64,000 nt of DNA. Source: Ignavibacteriota bacterium. Its GTDB lineage: Bacteria > Bacteroidota > Ignavibacteria > UBA10030. A model generated the notes under the pieces. That model was not told the DNA's origin. It worked only from the letters and a program-made list of their open reading frames with translations, and searched no databases. Made by a program: the position numbers and the translations under genes. Below, piece after piece: positions 10,024 to 20,714 of the stretch. The stretch is taken from assembly GCA_963833465.1 (NCBI GenBank), contig CAWHXW010000001.1, positions 24,972 to 88,971 of the forward strand, given 5' to 3'. Within the stretch, counting starts at the first letter, position 1. Every line of letters starts with the position of its first letter.

Positions 10024-10572
10024 TCAGATTACGTTTTGTCTTTTTAACAAATTCTCTGATGAAATTAATTTGATTTCTCCGTTTGTAGGCATCATATTTT
10101 CCCAAAGCCAATTATGATGTTGAATTACTTTTTCAGCATTTAGATGAAAGCGATCCGCTGTTGTATGGCAATCTGTAATAACGAAAATATTATAATCCTT
10201 GTTTAAAGCAAAATGAACTGTTGCATCGACACAAATATCTGTTGCGCAACCTGTAATGAACAATTCCTTTATTCCATATTTTTTTAAAACAATCTCCAAA
10301 TCCGTTTTATAGAATGAATCGTTTGCCGTTTTACTTACGATAATATCATTCGCATCCTGAATTAACGTTGATAAAATATTCCAATCAGATGTACCTGGAA
10401 GAAAAGCATTTTCCTTTGTTCCATCATGCTGGATAAAGATTACTTTATCTCCATTTTGTCTGAAGTAATTTGACAATAAATTGATTTTCTGAATTATAGC
10501 TTCAGCATTAAAACGCGGAGTTTCAGGTTTAAAACATCCCACCTGCATGTCAATTATTAATAGTGCTTTCAT
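10024..10572 (-). CDS. isochorismatase-family cysteine hydrolase
   Basis: 182 aa. MKALLIIDMQ..., catalytic Cys in …ITGCATDICV…, isochorismatase fold. Confidence 0.8.
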   Translation of the reverse strand: MKALLIIDMQVGCFKPETPRFNAEAIIQKINLLSNYFRQNGDKVIFIQHDGTKENAFLPGTSDWNILSTLIQDANDIIVSKTANDSFYKTDLEIVLKKYGIKELFITGCATDICVDATVHFALNKDYNIFVITDCHTTADRFHLNAEKVIQHHNWLWENMMPTNGEIKLISSENLLKRQNVI

Positions 10573-10767
10573 TTCTCACTCTTTGATGGAATTTAATGTA
10601 CCATCTAACTAACAGTTGTTAAGCTGCCGCACTGATTACTTTTAAATTGCATTAATTGAAAAATGCTTATACTGAAAAAGTGAAAAACAAAAACTAAAAT
10701 CTTTAAAAGTAATCTTGATTGCACGCGCGCTCATTGTGTCAGAATATTGCACTGGCAAGATGCAACC

Positions 10768-11178
10768 TTATCTATCAGTATCCTTGTTATAGTTGGCGGG
10801 ATAACGATAGGCACAAGTGAATAGAATAAGTAATATTAGTTGCATCAACCAAGATGGTACAGCTCGCTCAATAGTAATAGTTCCAGATATAACAGCGCAT
10901 ATCTCTGTCAAGACAAAACCTAAAATTACTATTATTGTCAATATCGCTGCATATTTTCTTTCAACCGGCTTTTGATATGCCCATATTAAAAATATTGTCC
11001 ATCCCAACATAAGCGAGGCACCACACCCCATCGCAAATTGATACGCTCCGTTGAATTCTGTAATACCCCAGAATATATTTGCAAGTTTTGGAAAGAGCAT
11101 AGGTAATATTGCCAGTGCATCGGTGATTGCTCCCGCTAAAAACGCTATACGCAATATTTTTAATTGATTGACGCGCAT
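10768..11178 (-). CDS. small integral membrane protein, hypothetical
   Basis: 136 aa with four predicted TM helices. Confidence 0.45.
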   Translation of the reverse strand: MRVNQLKILRIAFLAGAITDALAILPMLFPKLANIFWGITEFNGAYQFAMGCGASLMLGWTIFLIWAYQKPVERKYAAILTIIVILGFVLTEICAVISGTITIERAVPSWLMQLILLILFTCAYRYPANYNKDTDR

Positions 11179-11285
11179 AAATTCTCCGCATTATTAATAT
11201 TTATTGCATCCACTAACTACAAAAAAGAAAGATATAGTTTCCGTCTCTGCATAAAATCTATTCTAGAGCAAGTTAAAATAATCAT

Positions 11286-12494
11286 TTATCGCAATACCGG
11301 TACTACATTTTCCTGCATTGGTAATCCGGTAACGATCACTTCCCGATCCTTCGAGATATAGACATCAATCTCACTGCGAATCCCAAACTTATCGCGCAGA
11401 TAAATTCCAGGCTCGATAGAGAAGGATGTCTGAGGGATAATAGCGCGCTCATCGCGAGTCTCAAGATTATCCATATTAGCACCGTTCCCATGTACTTCCT
11501 CTCCTATCGAATGTCCTGTCCGATGAACAAAATATTCGCCGTAGCTATGCTGCGTGATAAAATTGCGCGCGGCATCATCAACTTCATATCCATGAATAAT
11601 CTTGCCTGTCTTTATTGATAAGCGAATAAAATCTAACGCCGCATCCCGTGCACCTCTAACAATTTGAAATATCTTTTCAAATTCATCCGGCACTTTTTCT
11701 CCAAGAAATCCCATCCATGTGATATCGGCATAAACTGATCGCGGTTTATCTTTCTTCGCCCATAAATCTAACAATACATAATCGCCTTTATGCAGCGGAG
11801 AATTAATTTCTTTAGTCGGTTCATAATGCGGATTTGCACTGTTTGCATTCACAGAGCAATTCGGGTCGCTCGATGTTTCTAATCCTCGTTTCTTGAATTC
11901 CGATAACATGAACTGCTGAACATCATATTCTGTAATCGCGATATTGGATTTCATATTTTTGCTTATAAAATTAAATGTTTCATCGACAATCTGGCGTAAA
12001 TGTACCGCACTTTCAATATTGTCCTTTAATTGTTCATCATCCCATCTTGCTTCAAAGTACTGGATAAGATTAGCTGACGATACAATTTCGACTCCCGTGC
12101 CTCGAACAAGTTCAACTGTGCCTGCATCAACGGTCGAGATATACGGAATTGCACATCGAGGGGAATATTCCATCGCAACTTGTTTTGCATCGGAGAGAAG
12201 TTCTTTAAGTCCTTCTTCCAGCGAACACCAACTGAGATAAACTTTTTTATCACCAGGGAGAGCATCTAAATTCCATTCTTCAATCCTATGAACTAATTTA
12301 CGCGGTTCACCTTTAGCTGGAATATAATAGAAATATCTTCGAGTGAACATAATATGTTTGGGAAGCGATAGAAGGCGAGTAGCAAAAATATTCGATTCAC
12401 GAAAGTTATATAAAAGCCAGCCGTCTATTTGCTCTGCCTGTAATACTTTCTGGATATCGTAAATCAACACGGAGTAATCTTTCACTGCGCACAT
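11286..12494 (-). CDS. M24-family metallopeptidase (Xaa-Pro aminopeptidase/prolidase-like)
   Basis: 402 aa. C-terminal pita-bread motifs …VHRTGHSIGEEVHG… and …SIEPGIY…. Confidence 0.8.
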   Translation of the reverse strand: MCAVKDYSVLIYDIQKVLQAEQIDGWLLYNFRESNIFATRLLSLPKHIMFTRRYFYYIPAKGEPRKLVHRIEEWNLDALPGDKKVYLSWCSLEEGLKELLSDAKQVAMEYSPRCAIPYISTVDAGTVELVRGTGVEIVSSANLIQYFEARWDDEQLKDNIESAVHLRQIVDETFNFISKNMKSNIAITEYDVQQFMLSEFKKRGLETSSDPNCSVNANSANPHYEPTKEINSPLHKGDYVLLDLWAKKDKPRSVYADITWMGFLGEKVPDEFEKIFQIVRGARDAALDFIRLSIKTGKIIHGYEVDDAARNFITQHSYGEYFVHRTGHSIGEEVHGNGANMDNLETRDERAIIPQTSFSIEPGIYLRDKFGIRSEIDVYISKDREVIVTGLPMQENVVPVLR

Positions 12495-12553
12495 AATCTA
12501 AACCTTCCGATTGAGAATATTCTTTATTATTGTATTTGGGAATGATATAAAAT

Positions 12554-12587
12554 AAAAAATCCTGTCCCAGATTATCAGGACAGGATT
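12554..12587 (-). terminator. rho-independent terminator ending the Ddl2-Ddl1-GNAT-kamA operon
   Basis: Perfect 10-bp inverted repeat aatcctgtcc/ggacaggatt with a 10-nt loop. An A6 run on the plus strand gives a T6 run after the hairpin on the minus strand. Confidence 0.55.
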
Positions 12588-12605
12588 AATGTACGATTCA
12601 GTCGT

Positions 12606-13796
12606 TTACTTTCCAACTTGTTCAACTGGAACTTGTTCCATAGAAGCTTTTTCTTCAATCCTTTCATCTATATCTGCAACAATCACCGGTTTTCGTCTTC
12701 CATTCTGACGCTTCCTTAAATATTTATGCTCCACCGGATGTTGTTCAATTAGCTCTTCCTCTACATCGGGATAAGTATAAATTTCATATTTATAATTGCG
12801 GAGAATAATATCCTTCCCATTCCTTCCAAGAACATATTGCGGAAGCAGCGGAATTTTTCCTCCGCCGCCAGGTGCATCAATGACATAATACGGAATTGCA
12901 AGACCCGAAGTATGTCCGCGGAGTTTATCCATAATTTCCAACCCAACACGAACTGGAGTCCTAAAATGATTCGTGCCTTTCGTCAGATCAGCTTGGTAAA
13001 TATAATATGGACGTACGCGCATTTTAAGCAGCTTACGATGTAATTCCAGCATTACATCCGGATCATCATTCACGCCCTTCATCAACACAGATTGATTGCC
13101 GACAGGTATTCCGACATCAGCCAGCATATTGCATGCGCGTTCAGCTTCCGGTGTGCACTCCCATGGATGATTAAAATGCGTATTAATGTAAAGCGGATGA
13201 TACTTCCTCAACATTTTACATAACTTTACAGTGATGCGCTGCGGCAGTACGCAGGGCATCTTTGTTCCAAGGCGAATAATCTCTACGTGTGGAATTTCCC
13301 GCAATCCTGCCAGAACGCGTTCTAAGGCATAATCTGTCACCATTAATGGATCGCCGCCGGAGATAACAACATCCCGTATCTCAGGATGAGAGTTAATATA
13401 TTCCAATCCTCTTTGAATGTACTTTGCATTGATTTTCGTAGAATCGCTGACTTTTCTTTTTCTAGTACAGAACCGGCAGTACATAGAGCACTGACTGGTG
13501 ATAAGGAATAGTGCTCTATCAGGATATCGATGTGTGATACTTGGAACCGGGCTATCGGCATCTTCATTAAGAGGATCGACGGGTGCTTTATCATCCTGGA
13601 GTTCGATTGCATCAGGAATACACTGCCGCCAGATAGGATCGTTCGGATAACGAATTAAACTTAGGTAGTACGGATTAATTCTAATATGAAAAAATTTATC
13701 GAGCTTCTCTGCAGCTTCTTTACTAAATCCAAAACGCTCAACTAAATCTTTTGCGCTGTCAACGCTCTGTCTAAGCATTTCTTGCCAGAGTTCCAT
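12606..13796 (-). CDS. kamA: lysine 2,3-aminomutase (KamA-family radical SAM enzyme)
   Basis: 396 aa. CSMYCRFCTRKR radical-SAM cluster motif, GGDPL, and a C-terminal PLP/Zn region typical of LAM. Confidence 0.85.
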   Translation of the reverse strand: MELWQEMLRQSVDSAKDLVERFGFSKEAAEKLDKFFHIRINPYYLSLIRYPNDPIWRQCIPDAIELQDDKAPVDPLNEDADSPVPSITHRYPDRALFLITSQCSMYCRFCTRKRKVSDSTKINAKYIQRGLEYINSHPEIRDVVISGGDPLMVTDYALERVLAGLREIPHVEIIRLGTKMPCVLPQRITVKLCKMLRKYHPLYINTHFNHPWECTPEAERACNMLADVGIPVGNQSVLMKGVNDDPDVMLELHRKLLKMRVRPYYIYQADLTKGTNHFRTPVRVGLEIMDKLRGHTSGLAIPYYVIDAPGGGGKIPLLPQYVLGRNGKDIILRNYKYEIYTYPDVEEELIEQHPVEHKYLRKRQNGRRKPVIVADIDERIEEKASMEQVPVEQVGK

Positions 13797-13814
13797 AAAT
13801 AATACTATTGCTCC

Positions 13815-14288
13815 TTAAAAGTATTTAGAATAGATGACGAGGTCGTCATCTTGTGCATAATAATCTTTGATACGAGCCGCTTCTATATATTGATGCCGAA
13901 GATAAAACCGCCGCGTCGGTTCATACTTTGGTTGTGATGATGTTTCAACAACGAGTAATTTACCGCCCAATGTTTTTACATGTTCTTCACAATGTTCAAG
14001 TAATTCATGTCCAATTCGTTTTTTATGTACACGCGGATGCACGGCAATCCAGTACAAATCAAATGTTTTTTGCGTCATCGGTGTAGGACCCGCGCAATAA
14101 TATCCTTGTATGGTACCGAAATCATCCACATAAGAAAAAAGAAAATAATCTTTTTGTTCTTTATCGTTTGCAGTAATGTCCATCAGTTCTATCGCGACAT
14201 CAACTTCCTCTTTACGAAACACTCCGGTCGCCCTTACAATTTCTGCAAGCGGTTCGATATCTTCTTTTTCAAACTTTCTAATCGGCAT
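13815..14288 (-). CDS. GNAT-family N-acetyltransferase (candidate beta-lysine acetyltransferase)
   Basis: Start taken at MPIRKFEKEDIEPL. GNAT motif A …HPRVHKKRIGHELLEH…. Translationally coupled to kamA (18-bp gap) and to the upstream ATP-grasp gene. Confidence 0.7.
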   Translation of the reverse strand: MPIRKFEKEDIEPLAEIVRATGVFRKEEVDVAIELMDITANDKEQKDYFLFSYVDDFGTIQGYYCAGPTPMTQKTFDLYWIAVHPRVHKKRIGHELLEHCEEHVKTLGGKLLVVETSSQPKYEPTRRFYLRHQYIEAARIKDYYAQDDDLVIYSKYF

Positions 14289-14292
14289 ATCG

Positions 14293-15390
14293 CTACCGGC
14301 GCGACCGCTCAAAAGCGGTCTCCACAATTTTTAAAATCATATCGTCAAATGTCATTCCGGCTGTGCGGGCTGAACGAGCAAAACCTGCATCGCATGATAT
14401 ATCCGGATTCGGATTCACTTCTAAAACGTACGGTGTATTAGAAGCATCAAGCCGGATATCTACACGTGCATAATCTCTAATTTCCATTAATTGATACGCT
14501 TGCAATGCGACTTTCCTTATGCGTTGTTCTACATCAGTATCAAGCTGTGCCGGACATGTTCCAACAGTTCCTGCGTATTCCGGTGTCCCTTCGACCCACT
14601 TCGCATTGTAAGTAACAATCTTCGGATATCCGGACGGTAGTTTTGAAAAATCAATTTCAGAAATCGGCAATATTGTCGGCTGCTCGTTGCCAATGATAGC
14701 GACATTCAATTCCCTTCCTTCAATATATTCTTCAACTAACGCCGGTTCGTTGAAGGTTTTCAAAATATAGGCAACTTGTTTTTGAAGCGAAGGTATATCA
14801 TAAACAACAGACGAATTTTGTATGCCAATACTTGCATCTTCATGTATTGGTTTGACAATAAATGGAAAATGCAAATGTGCCTCGTCAATATGGCAGGCTT
14901 CAACATTTGCAGAAATTATATGCTGTGCAGTCGGTATTCCATATGCCCGAAGAATATCCTTTGCGCGGACTTTATTCAAGCATGTTCCTAATGCAAGCGT
15001 TGCAGCACCTGTATAGGGAATATTCATCAATTCATAAATGCCTGCAATGTGCATCTCGTGAAGTGATTCTCCCATTAGCGATTCACATAAATTGAAAATA
15101 AGATCAGGTTTTTGTATCTCGACAAAATTTATTAGGCGCTTGATATCACCATCAATATTAAATAGTGAAGTACGATATCCTTTATTTTGAAGCGCTTTTT
15201 CTACTTGTTCGCGCTCTTCGATTACGCCGACTTCCGACATATCAACTAAATGACTTGGTACATTAGCGACTATTTCTGAATGAGACGCAAGTGCCCCGAT
15301 TTGTCCTTCCGCAGAAATAAACATTCGTCCTTTTTCTGTTGTAATTGTAGGTTCGTTGAAAATAATTGCGATATGTGCTATTTTCGTCAT
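14293..15390 (-). CDS. D-Ala-D-Ala-ligase-family ATP-grasp ligase (L-amino-acid-ligase-like), paralog 1
   Basis: 365 aa. …MNIPYTGAATLALGTCLNKVRAKDIL… Ddl central motif and ATP-grasp C-terminal segment …EVNPNPD…. It lacks the canonical Ddl N-terminal GGxSxExxVS motif. Confidence 0.75.
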   Translation of the reverse strand: MTKIAHIAIIFNEPTITTEKGRMFISAEGQIGALASHSEIVANVPSHLVDMSEVGVIEEREQVEKALQNKGYRTSLFNIDGDIKRLINFVEIQKPDLIFNLCESLMGESLHEMHIAGIYELMNIPYTGAATLALGTCLNKVRAKDILRAYGIPTAQHIISANVEACHIDEAHLHFPFIVKPIHEDASIGIQNSSVVYDIPSLQKQVAYILKTFNEPALVEEYIEGRELNVAIIGNEQPTILPISEIDFSKLPSGYPKIVTYNAKWVEGTPEYAGTVGTCPAQLDTDVEQRIRKVALQAYQLMEIRDYARVDIRLDASNTPYVLEVNPNPDISCDAGFARSARTAGMTFDDMILKIVETAFERSRR

Positions 15391-15396
15391 TTATTT

Positions 15397-16500
15397 TCAA
15401 TTCTTAAGCAAATTATATCGCTTAATTCCTTCATCTAAAACAGCATTAATCAAAGTATTATAATCCATACCTGCCGATCTGGCGGCTTGTGGAAAACAAG
15501 AATGTTCTTCAGGATTTGGCAATATTCCAGGTAAAGGATTTAATTCCAACACATTTGGATGCCCATGTTCATCTAATCTTATGTCAATTCGACACCAGTC
15601 TCGGCAGCGTAATATTCGATATGCATTGCGGCAAACATCTTCAATTTCTTTTTGAAGTTTTGAAGGAATTTTAGCCGGACATTCATGCACATCGATGGGA
15701 TTTTCTATTGTGTCCCAAATCCATTTCGCTTCATACGAATAAACAGGATTTACATCATCCGGAAGTGAATCGAAGCGGATTTCTACAATCGGCAATATAC
15801 GAATATCGGAGTCGTTGCCAAGAATTGCTACGGTGAACTCCCGTCCAGTCAAAAATTTTTCTACTAACGCAGGTTCTTCATATTCTCCGATTATTCTTTT
15901 AACTTGACGATGGAGTTCTTCATCGGTGCGAACAACCGATGCATTGTAAATGCCTTTACTCGATCCTTCATGTAATGGTTTCACTATGCAAGGTAAAGAA
16001 AAATCTAATTTCGATAATTGATGAAGAGAATTTATGACAGCAAACGGCGGAGTCAGAATTTTATGATGTGATAATATTTCTTTCGCTCTTGATTTATCAA
16101 GACAAATTCCCAGCGTGAGCGAATCAGAACCTGTATAAGGAATGCCGAGCATTTCAAGAATTGCTGGAATTTGTGCTTCACGTGATGGACCGCGCAAACC
16201 TTCAGCAATATTAAAAACAATGTCGGGTTTCACAGCTAGAAGAGCCGGATATGCTTCCTCGGTTGCTTCGATAAGAGTAACGTCGTGATACAATTCGAGT
16301 GCTGTCTTTACGGCGAGAATAGTTTCTTCCTTATCCCATTCTGCGTATATGTCTGCTTTCGCCTGATGAAGTTCAGTTTTTTCTGCGACATTTTTTTTTC
16401 TTCCAGGAAATTTATCCGGATCATCGTCGCCAGTTAAAACTTCTTCTACACTTTCTTTCTTCACGTTGTAGACGAGAGCTACGTTCAGTCGCTGTAGCAA
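15397..16500 (-). CDS. D-Ala-D-Ala-ligase-family ATP-grasp ligase, paralog 2
   Basis: 367 aa. …MLGIPYTGSDSLTLGICLDKSRAKEIL…, …ELNPLPG…. Lies 6 bp upstream of paralog 1. Confidence 0.75.
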   Translation of the reverse strand: MLQRLNVALVYNVKKESVEEVLTGDDDPDKFPGRKKNVAEKTELHQAKADIYAEWDKEETILAVKTALELYHDVTLIEATEEAYPALLAVKPDIVFNIAEGLRGPSREAQIPAILEMLGIPYTGSDSLTLGICLDKSRAKEILSHHKILTPPFAVINSLHQLSKLDFSLPCIVKPLHEGSSKGIYNASVVRTDEELHRQVKRIIGEYEEPALVEKFLTGREFTVAILGNDSDIRILPIVEIRFDSLPDDVNPVYSYEAKWIWDTIENPIDVHECPAKIPSKLQKEIEDVCRNAYRILRCRDWCRIDIRLDEHGHPNVLELNPLPGILPNPEEHSCFPQAARSAGMDYNTLINAVLDEGIKRYNLLKN

Positions 16501-16748
16501 GCGGTAAGATCAACCTTTCAATTGTTGAACTAATCTATTTTGCTGTTTCAATGAACAACAAATGTTGATACTAATATAATCCTTTATATCTTGTTGTCAA
16601 GTTTTTTCGCTCTTTTTGACCATGAAATGTCGGCAAGAGATAAGGTCTACGAAAAGACAAATTCCTGATTTACGATTTTGAATTTGAGATTTGAAGATCG
16701 AAGGATGCAAATAATTTCGTCAGTAGTTTTTGATTTCTGTTTTTAACC

Positions 16749-18929
16749 TTACCCAATTTTTCCAAGTTCAAGAATTTCTCTAAACTCTCCTTCAAATTGT
16801 TTTCGAATACATTCATTTGATTTCTGACGAAGATGCGGATCGTTCTTGATAAGATCAAACGCTTCTTTTCGCGCTAATGAAAGTAAATCTGCATCATCAA
16901 TAAGATTTGCAATCCGAAGTACAGGCAGCCCGCTTTGTCGTGTACCAAAGAATTCGCCTGGTCCTCGTAATTTCAAATCTACTTCCGCTATTTTAAATCC
17001 ATTTGTTGTTTGCACCATTGTCTCTAAACGTGTACGTGCATGTTCTTTTTCATCGTGCAGTTCTAAAATTTCCTTACCTTTTGTGTGAGTGTCGAACCAA
17101 TTATAGTTTGCAATAAGAATGCAGTAAGATTGATCGGCCCCTCGTCCCACACGGCCGCGCAATTGATGCAACTGCGATAATCCGAACCTCTCTGCATTTT
17201 CGATAATCATAATAGTTGCATTGGGAACGTCGATACCTACCTCTATTACTGTTGTTGAAACAAGAATCTGAATTTCGCCAGATTTGAACTCCTGCATAAC
17301 TTCATCTTTTATTTCTGACTTTAGCCTGCCATGCAAAAGACCAAGCCGATAATTCGGGAAAATACTTTTTTGTAAATACTCATACTCTTTTGCTGCAGCT
17401 TTAAGATCAATCTTTTCCGATTCCTCGATGAGAGGAAAAACAATATATGCCTGTCTTCCGTGGTCAATTTCATCTTTAACAAATTGATAGACTTTTTGCT
17501 TTTGAGTTTCAGTCCTAAGTGCAGTCCGAATAGGTTTGCGGTTTGCAGGCAGTTCGTCAATGATAGATACTTCAAGATCGCCGTACAATGTCATCGCAAG
17601 CGTGCGCGGAATAGGTGTTGCCGTCATCACAAGCACATCAGGATTGATGCCTTTTCCACGCAATGTTGCACGCTGCATTACGCCAAATCGATGCTGTTCA
17701 TCTACAATAACAAAACCAAGCTTTGCAAATTCAACTTTTTCTTCTACTAATGCATGCGTACCAACAACAATATTTGCACTTCCACTCCGGATATCTTCTA
17801 ACACATCGTCCCTTAATTTTTTCCGCTGGCCACCTATTAACATGCGAACATTCGCCGATAAATTTTTTAGAAAAGATTTAATTGTCTGATAATGTTGTTC
17901 CGCAAGAATTTCTGTAGGTGCCATAAACGCAACCTGCAAGCCGTTCTCAACAGCGATGAGCGCAGCACAAAGCGCAACTATTGTTTTTCCGCTTCCTACA
18001 TCGCCCTGCAAAAGACGGTTCATTGAGAAAGGAGATTTTAAATCACTAATTATTTCTCGTATCACTCGTTCTTGCGCAGTTGTCAATGCAAATTGAAGTG
18101 AATCTACAAGCCTACGTGCGAGAGTGCTTTCCACATTATAAGTCAATCCGCGCAGTGTTTGCTGTGTTTCGCGTTTTCGCAATGCTAACATTAACTGAAT
18201 AAAGAACAGCTCTTCGAACTTAAGCCGTCTCTGTGCTGTATTTAATTCCTGAAAGCTATCCGGAAAATGAATTGAACGTATTGCTGATTGTTCATCACAA
18301 AGCGAATTACGAAGTAAAATATCCTGTGAGATGGTTTCCTCAAGGACCGTAAGATTATGATCCACTGCATTGCGAATGATACGCCGAAAGCCGCGGCTGT
18401 CAAGGCCGACTTTTTCAAGTTCAGCGCTAGAGCGATACTTCGGAATGATACTGCCTGTGTTGAATAATTTGCTCCAATCCGGTTCATCCTCTTCAACACT
18501 TTTCAATCTGTCAAATTGCGGATGAACGAATTGCGGGCGATCAAGTTTGTCAAGCGTTGGAATTGAAGAAAGTGCTATTAACTCGCCGATCTCAAACGCA
18601 TTTTTCAACCAGAAGAATCCTTCAAACCAGATACAAACAAGAAAGCCGCTTTCGTCTTTCACAGTAAGCATAAAAATTAATTTGTTGCTGCGCCTAGTGC
18701 GCCTTGCTTCTTGCCGATACACTTCAGCAAATATAGTTACTGCCTCACCTTTTTCAACATAATTTTTCAAATCAGCAATACGGACAATTTGACTGCGATC
18801 TAAATAACCTCGCGGATAATACGAAAAGAGATCTTTGAACCTGCGAATACCGAGATTTGCCAGCGCCGCTGCACGTTTAGGCCCCACACCTTTAATGTAT
18901 TGAAGAGGTGACTGTGAATTTAGAGTCAT
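16749..18929 (-). CDS. recG: ATP-dependent DNA helicase RecG
   Basis: 726 aa. Wedge domain, Walker A GDVGSGKT, DEQH box. Confidence 0.9.
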   Translation of the reverse strand: MTLNSQSPLQYIKGVGPKRAAALANLGIRRFKDLFSYYPRGYLDRSQIVRIADLKNYVEKGEAVTIFAEVYRQEARRTRRSNKLIFMLTVKDESGFLVCIWFEGFFWLKNAFEIGELIALSSIPTLDKLDRPQFVHPQFDRLKSVEEDEPDWSKLFNTGSIIPKYRSSAELEKVGLDSRGFRRIIRNAVDHNLTVLEETISQDILLRNSLCDEQSAIRSIHFPDSFQELNTAQRRLKFEELFFIQLMLALRKRETQQTLRGLTYNVESTLARRLVDSLQFALTTAQERVIREIISDLKSPFSMNRLLQGDVGSGKTIVALCAALIAVENGLQVAFMAPTEILAEQHYQTIKSFLKNLSANVRMLIGGQRKKLRDDVLEDIRSGSANIVVGTHALVEEKVEFAKLGFVIVDEQHRFGVMQRATLRGKGINPDVLVMTATPIPRTLAMTLYGDLEVSIIDELPANRKPIRTALRTETQKQKVYQFVKDEIDHGRQAYIVFPLIEESEKIDLKAAAKEYEYLQKSIFPNYRLGLLHGRLKSEIKDEVMQEFKSGEIQILVSTTVIEVGIDVPNATIMIIENAERFGLSQLHQLRGRVGRGADQSYCILIANYNWFDTHTKGKEILELHDEKEHARTRLETMVQTTNGFKIAEVDLKLRGPGEFFGTRQSGLPVLRIANLIDDADLLSLARKEAFDLIKNDPHLRQKSNECIRKQFEGEFREILELGKIG

Positions 18930-19118
18930 TGTATAATTTAATTAATTAAAATTGTACTAATACTTTGCGTTCATTTAAATATTGAAAGAAGATAGGCAAA
19001 GAGCATATGAAATTCAAACTTGGAGACATTTTGAATGCAAAAATTTTTAAACCTTCCACTATGGAATTCAACATTGCTTGCGTATATTATTATCAACATG
19101 TTTTTCCTTAACTAAAAA

Positions 19119-20402
19119 ATGACTTTAAAAATAATTCAAATGAAAATAATATTTTCCTCGTTAATGGTTATAATATTGATATTCGCATTACAATTATTTT
19201 CTGCAGAGCCAGCGGTGAAGCCGGGAATTGATGTGCTGCGCGATCGCGGCTTTGATATCCTTAAAGGTAAACGCGTCGGTCTGATTACCAATGCTACAGG
19301 TGTCACCTCAGATTTACAAAGCACAATTGATGTGTTATTTAACTCTCCCGTAGTTAAACTTGTCGCGCTTTACAGTCCAGAGCATGGCGTACGCGGTGAT
19401 GCTGATGCTGGAAAAGAAGTCAGTAGTTTCAATGATGCTAGAACTGGATTACCGGTGTACTCTCTATATGGTAAAACGCGCAGACCGACTAAAGAAATGC
19501 TGCAAGGCGTAGATGTTCTTGTGTACGATATTCAAGATATTGGCGTGCGTTCTTACACTTACATTTCAACGATGGGATTGGCAATGGAAGCTGCTGCGGA
19601 AAATGGAATTAAATTTATTGTCCTTGATCGACCTGATCCATTAACAGGCGAACGTGTAGAAGGGGCAATGCTAGAACCAAAATTTAAATCGTTTATAGGC
19701 GAGTACCCGATTCCTTATATCTACGGAATGACCGCAGGCGAATTAGCGCAAATGATAAACGGAGAGCAATGGCTTAACAACGGCGGCTCGCCTGGTGCGC
19801 CGGGTAAATGCGATCTAACAGTTGTGACAATGAAAGGATGGACACGAGATATGTGGTGGGATGAAACCGGTTTAATGTGGGTTCCAACATCTCCGCATAT
19901 TCCGCATTCCTTTACAACAATTTTTTCTGTGCTTACAGGACTTTTAGGGGAACTTGGCACTGCAAATCAAGGTGTTGGGTACACACTTCCATTTGAATTG
20001 GTTGGTGCTCCATGGATAGACGGCTACGCCCTTGCCCGTTACTTAAATAGTCTTAATATGCCCGGTGTTCAATTCCGTCCGGTTACGTATATTCCATTTT
20101 ATAAAGACACAACGGGAATTCGGTACAAAGGCGTACAAATACACATAATCGACCGGAAAATACTGAATATGACTCAAGTGCAGATTGCAATTCTTGAAGC
20201 CCTGCTTCATCTTTTTCCAGATAATAATATTTTTGATCGCGCAAAACCGGAAAGAATAAATTCTTTTGATAAAGCTGTTGGAACGGATGATATTCGACGC
20301 GATCTTCAGAGTAATACTTCCGTGGATGAAATACTTCGAAGGATTGACCAGTTGCGAACAGAGTTTATGATAAAGCGAGAAAAATATCTTTTATATAAAT
20401 AA
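19119..20402 (+). CDS. DUF1343-family protein (NamZ/YbbC-like, putative exo-beta-N-acetylmuramidase), secreted
   Basis: 427 aa. The signal peptide begins at the internal Met at 19140. GLITNATG motif typical of DUF1343. Confidence 0.55.
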   Translation: MTLKIIQMKIIFSSLMVIILIFALQLFSAEPAVKPGIDVLRDRGFDILKGKRVGLITNATGVTSDLQSTIDVLFNSPVVKLVALYSPEHGVRGDADAGKEVSSFNDARTGLPVYSLYGKTRRPTKEMLQGVDVLVYDIQDIGVRSYTYISTMGLAMEAAAENGIKFIVLDRPDPLTGERVEGAMLEPKFKSFIGEYPIPYIYGMTAGELAQMINGEQWLNNGGSPGAPGKCDLTVVTMKGWTRDMWWDETGLMWVPTSPHIPHSFTTIFSVLTGLLGELGTANQGVGYTLPFELVGAPWIDGYALARYLNSLNMPGVQFRPVTYIPFYKDTTGIRYKGVQIHIIDRKILNMTQVQIAILEALLHLFPDNNIFDRAKPERINSFDKAVGTDDIRRDLQSNTSVDEILRRIDQLRTEFMIKREKYLLYK

Positions 20403-20714
20403 TAATGTTATCAGTTTTATCAAAATACTAACGTCGTTTGTTTGAACAGCAGATCAATTGAAAAATTCCTTTTTCAGCCGTTGCATTTTGCATAAGGCTT
20501 TCCTATTTTAAGATTGAACTTAATATGCGTATCCATATAAATACGAGCCAATGGAGAAAATCGAAGCAGGTCGTCTGGACCTAAAACTACAAATCTGTTT
20601 CTTCTCATCTCGCTCCACGGAATACGAGTCCCCTGCACCATCTTCAAAATTAAATTATCACTGGAATCAGCTGCAAGCAAATGCTATTACAAATATTGCT
20701 AAAGGAAGGAGTGT

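Noticed and set aside
17321-17889. Several 84-117-aa ORFs on both strands inside recG
   Set aside because: They lie fully within a well-supported recG reading frame, with low-complexity, stop-codon-poor antisense translations typical of AT-rich DNA.
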